Source of the DNA: Candidatus Dojkabacteria bacterium
GTDB taxonomy: Bacteria > Patescibacteriota > Dojkabacteria > SC72
Direction of reading: 5' to 3'
Assembly: GCA_040767225.1 (NCBI GenBank)
Contig: JAXGOY010000001.1
Location: 31,128-95,127, forward strand
DNA length: 64,000 nt
The position numbers and the translations under genes were made by a program. Below the pieces are notes generated by a model. The model was not told the origin of the DNA, searched no databases, and saw nothing but the letters and a program-made list of their open reading frames with translations. Within the stretch, counting starts at the first letter, position 1; each line of letters begins with the position of its first letter. Below, in pieces: positions 28,504 through 38,846 of this stretch.

Positions 28504-30063
28504 CTACTTAGAAAGCTTGTAACAATACACCTCATCACCTTCCATACAATCGATGTCGGTATCTAGTATAACTCCACAATCTTCCCCCTGTTTTGCTTCA
28601 TTCACTTTTTCTTTCCCTATTCTAACAGATTGTATTCTTCCTTCACCAATAATTTCATCATTTCGGACAACATAACATTTACAGTCCCTTTTTAATATCC
28701 CTTCCTTAACTCTGCATCCTAAAACTTTTGAACCATCTGAAAGTATAAACATCATCTTTACAACTCCGTTACCTATTTCCTCTTCAACTTGCTTTGGTGT
28801 TGAAAGCATATCTAATGCATCTTCAACCTCTTCAAGAAGCTTGTATATTATTTGATATGTTCTTACAAGAACACCATTCTTTTTTGCAAACTCTTCAGTG
28901 CTTTTGTCCATTCCCACATCAAAACCAAGTACTATTGCCTTAGAGAGTTTGGCCATTTCAATATCTTTATTTGATATATCCCCAACACCATCAGATACAA
29001 TATTAACTTTGTATTCATCTTTTTTTATCTTTTCTAATGAATGCCTAAGAGCTTCAAGAGACCCTTGTGAAGAACACTTAATTACAACATTTAGTTGTGT
29101 ATCTTTATTATCTTGCTGATCATCAAAAATTGAATTGAATATATCATCTTCTGTAATAGCAGTCTCACTTTCTATATTTTTTGATTTAAGCAATGGTTCA
29201 ATTAACTTAGGCTGATTTTCTTCAAGAATATATACTTCAGAACCAACAGGTATTAAATTAGAAATACCAATGATTTTTCCTCCACAACCGCACTGTAAAT
29301 CACAAATATTTTCCCCATCCTCTGAAATAACCCCTTTTATTCTTTCAACAATAACTTTTCCATCTTTAGAGTATCCAAGCCAAGAGCCCTTACATAGATT
29401 ACCAGTTACCAGTACAATTGAAGATATATTCCCCCTAGTCTTATCTCTTACAGACTCCAATACAAATGCTTTTGCCACAACACCCTTAGGCAGTTCTCCT
29501 CTATCTTGTAGACCTTCCACTTCAGCTACAAGAGTAATTAAATCTAAAAGTTCAGAAATTCCTTTCCCAGTCTTTCCAGATACTTCTACAACAGGAATAT
29601 CTCCACCCATACCTTCAAGTAAAAGTCCTTCATTGACAATATCTCTTTTTACCTTTGCTATATCAACATCAGGTAGATCTACCTTATTGATGACAACTAT
29701 TGGTTTAGCAGATGAATGTTTAATTATATCTATAGACTCAACTGTTTGAGGTTTTACCCCATCATTTGCAGCTACAACTAAAAGAACAATATCTGCAATA
29801 CTACCACCTCTAACTCTCATTAAATCAAATGCTTCATGACCAGGAGTATCTATAAAGGTAATTCTTTTAGAAGGATCATTATCTATTGCAACAGTAAATA
29901 CAGAAATCTTTTGAGTTATACCACCTGCTTCACAGCTTTGTACATTTGTCTTCCTTATATAATCAAGTATTGTAGTTTTTCCATGGTCAACATGACCCAA
30001 TATTGCAACAATTGGGATTCTGCTTTGAACACTTCTTTTATCTTTATCCGTTCTTTTAACCAT
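28504..30063 (-). CDS. infB: Translation initiation factor IF-2 (short form lacking N-terminal domains)
   Basis: 519 aa. G domain VAILGHVDHGKTTILD...DTPGHEAFDLMRVRGG...INKVD, beta-barrel domains, C-terminal IF2 domain. Confidence 0.9.
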   Translation of the reverse strand: MVKRTDKDKRSVQSRIPIVAILGHVDHGKTTILDYIRKTNVQSCEAGGITQKISVFTVAIDNDPSKRITFIDTPGHEAFDLMRVRGGSIADIVLLVVAANDGVKPQTVESIDIIKHSSAKPIVVINKVDLPDVDIAKVKRDIVNEGLLLEGMGGDIPVVEVSGKTGKGISELLDLITLVAEVEGLQDRGELPKGVVAKAFVLESVRDKTRGNISSIVLVTGNLCKGSWLGYSKDGKVIVERIKGVISEDGENICDLQCGCGGKIIGISNLIPVGSEVYILEENQPKLIEPLLKSKNIESETAITEDDIFNSIFDDQQDNKDTQLNVVIKCSSQGSLEALRHSLEKIKKDEYKVNIVSDGVGDISNKDIEMAKLSKAIVLGFDVGMDKSTEEFAKKNGVLVRTYQIIYKLLEEVEDALDMLSTPKQVEEEIGNGVVKMMFILSDGSKVLGCRVKEGILKRDCKCYVVRNDEIIGEGRIQSVRIGKEKVNEAKQGEDCGVILDTDIDCMEGDEVYCYKLSK

Positions 30064-30093
30064 TTTAAACTACAGTTTCTCATTTTAAAATTC

Positions 30094-31215
30094 TTACTCT
30101 TCTTTTTTATCTACAACTTCTTCTTGAGTATCCTCTGCATACTTTTCTACAGCATCTGTCTCCTCTCCCTGTGCACCAACTATATCTATCTTTACCCCCG
30201 TTAGCTTACATGCAAGTCTTACATTTTGTCCATCTCTTCCAATTGCTAAGGATAGCTGGTCAGATGGAGAAACAACAGTTGCAGTATCACCAAGTATTTC
30301 AACAGACTCAACCTTTGCAGGACTTAATGCATTAGCTACAAATCTTTCTAAATCCTCATCCCATTCAATTATATCAATTTTCTCTTCACCAAGCTCATTC
30401 ATAACATTTGCAATACGCATTCCTCTTTGACCAACACAAGAACCAATAGGGTCAATTCCTTCTTGATGGGATACAACTGCAATCTTGCTCCTTGAACCTG
30501 CTTCTCTTGCTACAGCCTTAATTTCTACAATTCCAGATTCAATCTCTGGAACCTCAAGTTTAAAGAGCTCAATTAAAAAATTAGGATCAGACCTTGAAAC
30601 AATCATGTCAGAATCTTCAATACTTTTAAGAAGCACTTTATATCTCTCCCCAACCCTATAAAACTCATTTGCAATCTGCTCTTCAGGAGGCATATATGCT
30701 ACTGCTTTCCCTATCTCCATAACTGCAGTACCTTTCTGCATCCTCTGCATTAATGCAGTAAATACCTGTCCCACTTTATCACTAAATTCACTTAACACAG
30801 ACTCTTTTTCAGATTCCCTTATCTTTTGCAAAAGTACCTGTTTAGCAGTTTGTGTTGCAATTCTTCCTAAATCCTCTGATGGCATCTCTATCTGAATAGA
30901 ATCACCCACTTCTACATTAGGTGATATCAACTCTGCTTCACTCAGTGCAATTTCTTTTTCAGGATTCTTAACTCTTTTAACAACTTCCTTAAGTGCAAAA
31001 AGCTTAAACTCGCCCGTTTCTCTGTTTACCTCTACAACCAAGTTACTTCCTGCTTTCTCTTCCTCATCATCCTCATTCTCTACTCTCCCATATTTTTCTT
31101 TTCTAACAGCACTAAGTATTGCAGATTCTAAAGCTTTAAAAACCTCCTCTTTATCAATTCCTCTTTCTGCAGATATCTGATTTATCGCTGCAACAAGCTC
31201 TGATGTCATTGCCAT
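30094..31215 (-). CDS. nusA: Transcription termination/antitermination factor NusA
   Basis: 373 aa, N-terminal domain, S1 and two KH domains (...IVSRSDPNFLIELFKLEVPEI...GSRSKIAV...DPIGSCVGQRGMRI...). Confidence 0.93.
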   Translation of the reverse strand: MAMTSELVAAINQISAERGIDKEEVFKALESAILSAVRKEKYGRVENEDDEEEKAGSNLVVEVNRETGEFKLFALKEVVKRVKNPEKEIALSEAELISPNVEVGDSIQIEMPSEDLGRIATQTAKQVLLQKIRESEKESVLSEFSDKVGQVFTALMQRMQKGTAVMEIGKAVAYMPPEEQIANEFYRVGERYKVLLKSIEDSDMIVSRSDPNFLIELFKLEVPEIESGIVEIKAVAREAGSRSKIAVVSHQEGIDPIGSCVGQRGMRIANVMNELGEEKIDIIEWDEDLERFVANALSPAKVESVEILGDTATVVSPSDQLSLAIGRDGQNVRLACKLTGVKIDIVGAQGEETDAVEKYAEDTQEEVVDKKEE

Positions 31216-31250
31216 AATATATATTCTTAAAAATTTAAATTGTTCATACT

Positions 31251-31276
31251 AAAAAAAAGGTGAGAAATACCTCACC
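31251..31276 (-). terminator. Rho-independent terminator downstream of dnaJ
   Basis: Minus strand reads GGTGAG-GTATTT-CTCACC followed by T8 (plus strand A8 at 31251-31258). Located 60 nt after the dnaJ stop and before nusA. Confidence 0.6.
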
Positions 31277-31335
31277 ATCCCTAAAATACAACTACCATGA
31301 AAGTATACCACATCTATTACAAAATCCCAAATGCA

Positions 31336-32433
31336 TTAAAGCTCACTTAACTCTTCCCACAATTTCTTTTCTTCTTTTTTAAGTCTCTTAGGAATATCCA
31401 CATTAACTTTTACATACAAATCTCCTCTTGCATTCTCTTTTCTAAGAATTGGAGCACCCTTCCCTTTAATTTTAAAGATTGTTCCTGGTTGAGTACCAGC
31501 AGGTATTTTTAATTTAACCTTTCCATCTATTGTTTCCACTTCAACAGTACCACCCAGTACTGCTGTATGTATAGGGATACTTTCAACAGAGTACAAATCA
31601 TTACCACGTCTATCAAACTTCTCTGAAGGCTCAACTTCTAATTCAATATACAAATCTCCATATTCTCCATCTAATGCGGCATTTCCACCTTCTCTAAATC
31701 TTAGTACCATACCATCATATGCTCCTGCAGGAATTTTAATCTTCATATCTTCTGTTTTTGATTCAAGGCCTGTACCACCACACTTACTACAAACAGACTC
31801 TGGAATAGTTCCTAAGCCTCCACACTTTGAACACTCTGTCATAACAGAAATTTGTCCTAAGAAGCTATTTTGAAGCCTTCTCTCTCTCCCAGTACCTTTA
31901 CAAACATCACATGTCTTTCTTTTACCAGTAGAACTTCCTGTTCCATTACACTCAGAGCACTTAACTTTCCTCTTTATCCTTACATTAAACTCACCACCCT
32001 TCATTGCTTCTTCAAATGTAAATCTCATCCTATACCTAATATCTTCACCCCTAGAGACTCTCTGCCTTCTTGCTGTCTGCTGTCCAAATCCAAAATCAAA
32101 CCCAAAATCACTTCCACCAAAGAATGTATTAAATATATCCCCCATATCAAATGGAGCACCTCCATATGTATAGTCAAATCCTCCTCCATTTCCACTTCTG
32201 GGATCAAAACCTTGTGTACCGGCATGACCATACTGGTCATATGCCTGTCTCTTTGCATCATCTGAAAGAACCTCATATGCCTCCTGTATCTCTTTAAACT
32301 TTTCTTCAGCATCCGCTTCTTTGTTTACATCAGGATGATACTTCTTCACAAGCCTTCTATATGCCCTCTTTATATCTTCTTTTTTAGCATCCTTGCTTAC
32401 ACCAAGGACTTCATAGTAATCTCTCTTTGTCAT
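31336..32433 (-). CDS. dnaJ: Chaperone DnaJ
   Basis: J domain with HPD (KKYHPDVN), G/F region, and four CxxCxGxG zinc-finger repeats. Confidence 0.95.
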   Translation of the reverse strand: MTKRDYYEVLGVSKDAKKEDIKRAYRRLVKKYHPDVNKEADAEEKFKEIQEAYEVLSDDAKRQAYDQYGHAGTQGFDPRSGNGGGFDYTYGGAPFDMGDIFNTFFGGSDFGFDFGFGQQTARRQRVSRGEDIRYRMRFTFEEAMKGGEFNVRIKRKVKCSECNGTGSSTGKRKTCDVCKGTGRERRLQNSFLGQISVMTECSKCGGLGTIPESVCSKCGGTGLESKTEDMKIKIPAGAYDGMVLRFREGGNAALDGEYGDLYIELEVEPSEKFDRRGNDLYSVESIPIHTAVLGGTVEVETIDGKVKLKIPAGTQPGTIFKIKGKGAPILRKENARGDLYVKVNVDIPKRLKKEEKKLWEELSEL

Positions 32434-32514
32434 ACGGACAATATTCTAGCAGACAAATGAATTAAGTACCACATATGTGACATTGAAACACTTAATTGGT
32501 AATATATTCTACAT

Positions 32515-33309
32515 ATGGATGAAGACATTCGAATTAAAAAAGTAAGTGAGAAAAAGATATCAGAAACAAAGAAAACAATCTCTTGGATATTAGGAGTAAT
32601 TGGTATACTAATTATATTAAGTCAAGCTATTCCTCTTCTGGTATCATACATACAAGGACAAATACAGCTCTCAAAACAAAACTCAATGAAAGATCCACTT
32701 CCGCAGTCTTACAAACAGTATATACAAGATGAATTTGCATATTATGACCCAGGAAAAAGCTACTTTGAGAATCTATCTAAAACAGCAGAAGGACTTCAGT
32801 ATCAAGGACTTTTCTCCTATGACCCAACAACAAAAACAACAAAAGAAATTGTCGTAAACAAAGAATACAAAAAAAATATGTACCTTTCAATTCCAGAGGT
32901 AGGAATAGATAAAGTAAGATTAACTCCTAATGTAGAAAGCTCCGAAGAAAAAGTATATGACCAATATCTAAAATATGGTCTTGCCCATTTTAAAGGAACA
33001 CCACTCCCAGGTGATGGAGGAAACTCTTTCATATACGGACATAGTGCTGTTGAAAGTTTCTTTAAGTCTCACTCAAATCTTCCTGAAACAATATTCACAA
33101 GATTAGAGAATGTAGATATTGGAGATACAGTAGAGATATACAGAGATGACCAAGTTTTAAAATATGTTGTAAGAAACAAAAAGATTGTTTCTGCAGATGA
33201 TCTTTCAATACTTCAAACACAAACAGATAAAGAAACAGTTACATTAATGACATGCTGGCCACTAGGTGCTGGTATAAAAAGACTAGTGGTAGTAGCTGAA
33301 AGGATTTAA
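32515..33309 (+). CDS. Sortase (transpeptidase), membrane anchored
   Basis: N-terminal TM. Catalytic His block FIYGHSAVESF. TLxTC active-site motif VTLMTCWP. Conserved Arg in GIKRLVVVAERI. Confidence 0.8.
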   Translation: MDEDIRIKKVSEKKISETKKTISWILGVIGILIILSQAIPLLVSYIQGQIQLSKQNSMKDPLPQSYKQYIQDEFAYYDPGKSYFENLSKTAEGLQYQGLFSYDPTTKTTKEIVVNKEYKKNMYLSIPEVGIDKVRLTPNVESSEEKVYDQYLKYGLAHFKGTPLPGDGGNSFIYGHSAVESFFKSHSNLPETIFTRLENVDIGDTVEIYRDDQVLKYVVRNKKIVSADDLSILQTQTDKETVTLMTCWPLGAGIKRLVVVAERI

Positions 33310-33327
33310 TTTGTGTAATATATATGT

Positions 33328-34635
33328 ATGGACGAAAAAAAGAAAAAAATATTAAAGATCCTTGCAATAGTAGTTGGCTTTGTAATAGTGCTATCAATTT
33401 TAATGGCTGTACTAAGCAGTAGTAAACCAAAACAAGTTGAACTAACTTTCTGGGGCTTCTGGGAAGAAGAAGAGGTAATGCACCCTCTAATTGAGAAATA
33501 TGAAGCTGAAAATCCTGGTGTAAAGATAACATATGCAATTCAACCATTAAGAAATTATGAGTCTTTGCTATATACAAGACTTGAGCAGGCAGAAATATCA
33601 AATGAGCCTGCACCTGATATAGCAATGATACATAACAGCTGGGTGCCAAAATTTAGAAAATATCTGTCACCTCTCCCTTCATCTGTAATGAGTGCAGATG
33701 AATACAGTAAAGAATTTTACCCAACAGCAATAGAAGATTTTACTGGAAGTGATGGAAAAATATATGCAATTCCTCTTCAAATTGATGGCCTTATGATTAT
33801 ATACAACAAAGAACTCCTTAGAGAAGCTGGGTATAATGTACCTCCGACTGACTGGGACTCCTTTATGGAAGCAGCAGATAATCTTACAAAAAGAGATGCA
33901 AATGGAAAAATTATACAATCTGGTTTAGCAATTGGTACATCAAGAAATATTACCCACTCAACAGATATACTTTTCTACTTCTATCTTCAAAATCTCGCTC
34001 AAATACTTAGCGAAGATAAAACAATGATGAATCTTACATCCCCCAGGGCACTTGCTGCATTTGATAAATACACCTCATTTGTAAAAGAGAAAAACCCTAC
34101 TTGGGCATCATATCTCCCTAATGATCTTACATATTTCGTTGATGGAAAGGTTGCAATGATGTTTGGAACAAGCTGGAGAGCACTTGAAATACTGGAATAT
34201 ACAGAAGATATAGAGTTTGGACTCGCTCCATTGCCACGTCTTACAAACAATGATGAGGTCTACTATGCTACATATTGGGGAACTACTGTAAGTAAAACAA
34301 GTAAAGACACTTTAGAAGCATGGAAATTTGTAAAGTTTTTAAGTGAGCCAGAACAGCTACGAAGACTCTATCAAAATGCTGCTAAGACAAGAGCATTTGG
34401 TGAACCGTATTCTAGAGTATCTATGAATGCCGAGTTAGCTGAAAACAAGTATACACAGGCACTTGCATACATGGCTCCATATATGAAATCATTCCAAGTA
34501 GGAGAACAGGCATTTGTTGAAGAAAAACTTAAACAAGCAATAACTGCTGTAGCAGAAAATGGAAGATCCAGTAACTCTACCCTACAAGCTATTCAAAACG
34601 AAATTAATATTAAACTTGCAGTAAGCAATAAATAA
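33328..34635 (+). CDS. ABC transporter extracellular solute-binding protein (family 1, sugar type)
   Basis: 435 aa, N-terminal TM/signal, ELTFWGFWEEEE...ENPGVKITY, typical SBP_bac_1 layout. Confidence 0.75.
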   Translation: MDEKKKKILKILAIVVGFVIVLSILMAVLSSSKPKQVELTFWGFWEEEEVMHPLIEKYEAENPGVKITYAIQPLRNYESLLYTRLEQAEISNEPAPDIAMIHNSWVPKFRKYLSPLPSSVMSADEYSKEFYPTAIEDFTGSDGKIYAIPLQIDGLMIIYNKELLREAGYNVPPTDWDSFMEAADNLTKRDANGKIIQSGLAIGTSRNITHSTDILFYFYLQNLAQILSEDKTMMNLTSPRALAAFDKYTSFVKEKNPTWASYLPNDLTYFVDGKVAMMFGTSWRALEILEYTEDIEFGLAPLPRLTNNDEVYYATYWGTTVSKTSKDTLEAWKFVKFLSEPEQLRRLYQNAAKTRAFGEPYSRVSMNAELAENKYTQALAYMAPYMKSFQVGEQAFVEEKLKQAITAVAENGRSSNSTLQAIQNEINIKLAVSNK

Positions 34636-34652
34636 AGAATAATATATATTAG

Positions 34653-36581
34653 ATGAGTAACAGAATTAACCCAACAAAAAGAAAAAACAAGGAGCTATTC
34701 CTTACACTCCTACTGTTGCTTACACTCCCTGTTTTTGTATTTAGTATTATAGAAAACAGGAGTTTTGATACAAGAAATAAAGCCTTTGAGGAAATTATGC
34801 TTAGTAAACTTAATCCCTGTATTATTACCTTTCCTAATGTTAATCCATATACACTTGAAGTAAATAAAACTGTAAGAATTCAGGTAGATGCAATATCTGA
34901 CAGCTCTTCAATTAAGGAAATAACAATAAAAGATGAAAGAGGAGAAACACTGTTTAATAAGGAATATGATTCTACAATTAACACAAGGGTAACAGAGTCT
35001 TTTGCATATACACCTAAATTTGAAGGAGCATACAATCTCACAGGTACATTGGTTGATATGACAGGAAAAAGCTTTGCATGTGTAATAAGTAGTCCATATA
35101 AAATGGCTGATGAAAAGGCAGTAAAAGCAATTACATCTAACTCTAAACCTGAGTTTATAACTACCCCGCAAGCATCTAAACCCTCACAAAGTATTAAAGT
35201 AGGAGAAACATATGAATATTCACTTGAAGCACAAGATACAGATAAAGATACAATAAATTATGCTTTTTCATTTACAAAAGGAGAAACATGGCTAAAGGCA
35301 ACAGTAATTAATGATGGTGGAAAGGGAAAGCTAAGTATAAAGTTTAGGGGAACACCTAAAAGAGCAGGAAGCTATCTAGCAAATGTCTTCATACATGATG
35401 GATACAGTATGCATCTTTCTTCTCAATCCTGGGTTATAAGTGTAAGCCCAGAAGGAAATGATAATCCTGTAGTTACAATAATAGACCCAGTTTCAGATAT
35501 GAAGATTACACAAGATACTAAACTTACAGTAACTTGGGAAGTAATTGATAGCAATCAAATATTAAAATATGAAATATATATTACTTCTAACCCTGCAAAT
35601 GAATCAGCATGGAAAGCAATAGATACAAATATACCATCAACTCAAAATTCATATACTATTGATCTATCAGGATTAGAAAATGGTGCTTACAGAGTGATAG
35701 TAAGAGCAATAGATGACCAAGACCCAGCAGGAGTAGGAATTGATGTTTCAAAAGAGATAATTATGGCAAAAGAGGAAGAAGAAGGACCTGATGATAAAGT
35801 AGAACTTCCACAACCACAAGTAATTAATGTATCTCCTACAAGTACTGATGAAATAAGTAATACCTCACCGACTATAAAGGCCTCTCTTATCGCAACTCAA
35901 AATAATACAATAGTAGAGGATAGTATTGTCTTTAAGATAGATGATATTGACAAGACAGAAGAATTAAAAATAAACAAAATATCAGATTCTGAGCATACAT
36001 TAATATATATTCCTGAAACACCCCTTGCTGAAGGTTTACATAAAGTATCTGTATCATTTAAAGATTCTAGTGGAGAAGATATAACTAAAGAGTGGACATT
36101 TACAATATCAGGAACACAGCAGGGTGATACTTTTAACATATTTGGTCTTGAAATATCTAAAAGAACTACGTACATAATACTGGGAGGAATAACACTAATA
36201 CTTCTTGCGATATTTATACCTTCTATCATTTCCTCTTTATGGAAAGAAGATTCTAAACAAGCATCAGCGGAAAACATGGCACTTCCAGAATCAATACCAC
36301 CTACTCCTCCAACCGAGATGCCTCAACCTAGTCCCCAACCGACACAAAGTACTGCCCAGCCACAAGAGTCTGAACAAGTATTTCAAGCACCTGAGCCTGA
36401 AATACCACAAATGCCTCAACCTAGCCCCCAACCGACACAAAGTACTGCCCAACCACAGGAACCCCAAGCTACATTTACAGCCCCTGAACCACAAGAAGAT
36501 CTTTCATTGCTCTATGAGGAGATAAAGAAACTAGAGGAAGAGACTCAAACAAAAGAAACACCCAATAACTCTACAGAGTAA
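34653..36581 (+). CDS. Surface/membrane protein with Ig-like beta domains, C-proximal TM and repeated Pro/Gln-rich tail
   Basis: Signal-like N-terminus (LFLTLLLLLTLPVFVFSII). TM at IILGGITLILLAIFIPSIISSL. Tail contains MPQPSPQPTQSTAQPQE twice. Confidence 0.55.
   Translation: MSNRINPTKRKNKELFLTLLLLLTLPVFVFSIIENRSFDTRNKAFEEIMLSKLNPCIITFPNVNPYTLEVNKTVRIQVDAISDSSSIKEITIKDERGETLFNKEYDSTINTRVTESFAYTPKFEGAYNLTGTLVDMTGKSFACVISSPYKMADEKAVKAITSNSKPEFITTPQASKPSQSIKVGETYEYSLEAQDTDKDTINYAFSFTKGETWLKATVINDGGKGKLSIKFRGTPKRAGSYLANVFIHDGYSMHLSSQSWVISVSPEGNDNPVVTIIDPVSDMKITQDTKLTVTWEVIDSNQILKYEIYITSNPANESAWKAIDTNIPSTQNSYTIDLSGLENGAYRVIVRAIDDQDPAGVGIDVSKEIIMAKEEEEGPDDKVELPQPQVINVSPTSTDEISNTSPTIKASLIATQNNTIVEDSIVFKIDDIDKTEELKINKISDSEHTLIYIPETPLAEGLHKVSVSFKDSSGEDITKEWTFTISGTQQGDTFNIFGLEISKRTTYIILGGITLILLAIFIPSIISSLWKEDSKQASAENMALPESIPPTPPTEMPQPSPQPTQSTAQPQESEQVFQAPEPEIPQMPQPSPQPTQSTAQPQEPQATFTAPEPQEDLSLLYEEIKKLEEETQTKETPNNSTE
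36318..36500 (+). repeat. Two tandem copies of a 93-nt (31-codon) unit
   Basis: atgcctcaacctag(t/c)ccccaaccgacacaaagtactgccca(g/a)ccaca(a/g)ga at 36318-36367 and 36411-36460. The following PEPE segments are also similar. Confidence 0.8.
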
Positions 36582-36604
36582 ATCCTTTCTGATATAATTA
36601 TCAA

Positions 36605-38392
36605 ATGAGAAAACTTACATATGCACAACTGCGAAATGAATATATAGACTTTTTCAAAAACAAAGGTCATATTGAAATACCTAATGCTCCACTTGTCCCA
36701 GAAGATGATCCTTCAGTCCTTTTTGTAAATGCTGGAATGTTTCCCCTTGTTCCATTTCTAAAAGGAGAAAAACACCCACTAGGAAACAGACTTGTAAACT
36801 CTCAAAGATGTTTAAGAACAGGTGATATAGATGAGGTTGGAGATGAGTATCACTGTACTACTTTTGAGATGTTAGGAAATTGGTCTTTAAATGACTATTT
36901 CAAGAAAGAAGCAATAGAGATGACAATGGAATTCTTCATTGATGTACTGCAAATGGATATAAATAGAATATATGTTTCAGTATTTAAGGGGGAAGACAAT
37001 ATACCAAAAGATACAACCTCTATTGAAATATGGAAAAGTGTATTTTCAAAATATGGTATTGATGCTAATGTCGGAAATAATGAAAAAATTCAAGAGTTTG
37101 GAAAGAAAAATAACTGGTGGGGACTGACTACAGGAGGACCATGTGGACCTGATTCAGAAATCTTTTATGACACAGGCAAACAACCATGTAATAACAACTG
37201 TAATGTTAATTGTAATTGCGGGAAATATATTGAGATAGGAAATAATGTGTTTATGGAATATCTCTTTGAAAATGGAGAGTATCTAGCTCTTGGAAGACAT
37301 AATGTGGATTTTGGTGGAGGCCTTGAAAGAGTTACAATGATAAGTCAAAATGCAGGCTCCTTCTATGAAACAGATATATACAAACCTGTACTAAATAAAG
37401 TAAAAGAACTCTCAAAAATAGATAACTTGCACTCACAAAGAATAATAGCTGATCATATAAAGGCAGCAGTAATTGTAATAATGGATGGAATAACACCATC
37501 AAATACTATGCAAGGATATGTCTTAAGAAGGCTAATAAGAAGAGCAATGAGGCATGCAAGAATAGTTGGTATAGAGAATGGTTTTACCTCAGTAATTGGA
37601 GATATATGTATAGACCAGTTCAAACAGATATATCCTCAACTTGATAAACAAAGAAATTACATATTAAATGAATTAAAAAAAGAAGAAGACAGATTTAATA
37701 AAACACTTGATAAAGGATTAAAAGAGCTTGATAAATATATCTCTCATACAAATACAATATCAGGAAAAGAAATATTTACACTCTATGAAACTTATGGTTT
37801 ACCTAAAGAAGTAACAGAGGAAATACTTACTGAAAAAAATATAACTGTTACCAATCCTGAAAGCTTTGAAGAAGCAAAAAAACTGCATCAGGAAAAGTCC
37901 AGAACCTCATCTGCAGGGATATTTAAAGGTGGTCTTGCAGATACATCAGAAATGTCAACAAAATATCATACAGCTACACATCTTCTACTAGCAGCATTAA
38001 GAAAAGTATTAGGAAATCATGTATATCAAAAGGGAAGTAATATTACACCTGAAAGATTACGACTAGACTTTCCAAATCAGGAAAATCTTACACAAGAGCA
38101 GCTTCAGAAAGTAGAAGATTTAGTTAACCAAGCTATAAAAGAAAAACTCCCTGTTACATACGAGCAATTACCAAAAGAAGAAGCATTAAAACTTGTTCCT
38201 TTTGCAGCATTTAAAGAAAAATATGGAGATACTGTAAAAGTATATTACATAGGTGATAAGAAAAATCCATTCTCAATTGAAATATGCAATGGACCACATG
38301 TTGATAACACATCTGTATTAGGTACCTTTAAAATCATAAAGCAGGAGAGTGTAGGAAATGGAATAAAAAGAATAAAAGGAGTTCTTAACTAA
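36605..38392 (+). CDS. alaS: Alanyl-tRNA synthetase (compact form: catalytic plus editing domains, no C-Ala domain)
   Basis: N-terminal AlaRS core (FVNAGM, SQRCLRTGDIDEVGDEYHCTTFEMLGNWS, GPCGPDSEIFYD) and editing-domain HxxxH/C..H motifs (HTATHLL, CNGPHV). 595 aa. Confidence 0.85.
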   Translation: MRKLTYAQLRNEYIDFFKNKGHIEIPNAPLVPEDDPSVLFVNAGMFPLVPFLKGEKHPLGNRLVNSQRCLRTGDIDEVGDEYHCTTFEMLGNWSLNDYFKKEAIEMTMEFFIDVLQMDINRIYVSVFKGEDNIPKDTTSIEIWKSVFSKYGIDANVGNNEKIQEFGKKNNWWGLTTGGPCGPDSEIFYDTGKQPCNNNCNVNCNCGKYIEIGNNVFMEYLFENGEYLALGRHNVDFGGGLERVTMISQNAGSFYETDIYKPVLNKVKELSKIDNLHSQRIIADHIKAAVIVIMDGITPSNTMQGYVLRRLIRRAMRHARIVGIENGFTSVIGDICIDQFKQIYPQLDKQRNYILNELKKEEDRFNKTLDKGLKELDKYISHTNTISGKEIFTLYETYGLPKEVTEEILTEKNITVTNPESFEEAKKLHQEKSRTSSAGIFKGGLADTSEMSTKYHTATHLLLAALRKVLGNHVYQKGSNITPERLRLDFPNQENLTQEQLQKVEDLVNQAIKEKLPVTYEQLPKEEALKLVPFAAFKEKYGDTVKVYYIGDKKNPFSIEICNGPHVDNTSVLGTFKIIKQESVGNGIKRIKGVLN

Positions 38393-38393
38393 T

Positions 38394-38846
38394 ATGAATA
38401 TACAATATCCTATCTTAGCAATTGATTACGGAGCAAAAAGAATAGGTTTAGCCATATCAGATAGTAAAGGCTTAATTGCCTCACCTTTAACTGTACTTAA
38501 TGTAACCAAGAATATGGGAATTAATAAAATAATAGAAGAAATTAAATCAATAATTGAGGAGTATAGAATAAAGACAATTTTAATAGGAAGACCTCAGGCA
38601 TTTCAGAGTACATATACTAAGTCTTTAAAGAAAATAGACTCTTTTGCACAAAAGATAAAAGATGATATAAGGATACCTGTAACATTTTATGATGAGAGTT
38701 ATTCTACTATTCAAGCTCAAAATATGTTACTATCTCTTGGTCAGAATACTAAATCTACGAAGAGTAAAATTGATATGATATCTGCAACAGTGTTCCTTCA
38801 AGAATTCTTAAATTCTAAACAAAATAAAAATGAAAAGCTTAATTAA
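38394..38846 (+). CDS. ruvX: Holliday-junction resolvase-like RuvX/YqgF
   Basis: MNIQYPILAIDYGAKRIGLAISD..., 150 aa, immediately downstream of alaS as in many bacteria. Confidence 0.85.
   Translation: MNIQYPILAIDYGAKRIGLAISDSKGLIASPLTVLNVTKNMGINKIIEEIKSIIEEYRIKTILIGRPQAFQSTYTKSLKKIDSFAQKIKDDIRIPVTFYDESYSTIQAQNMLLSLGQNTKSTKSKIDMISATVFLQEFLNSKQNKNEKLN

Noticed and set aside
36605-38392. AlaRS being only 595 aa, read as a possible truncation or pseudogene
   Set aside because: The catalytic, tRNA-recognition and editing-domain motifs are all present and contiguous and only the C-Ala domain is missing. Short AlaRS forms of this kind are plausible in reduced genomes, so there is no frameshift evidence.
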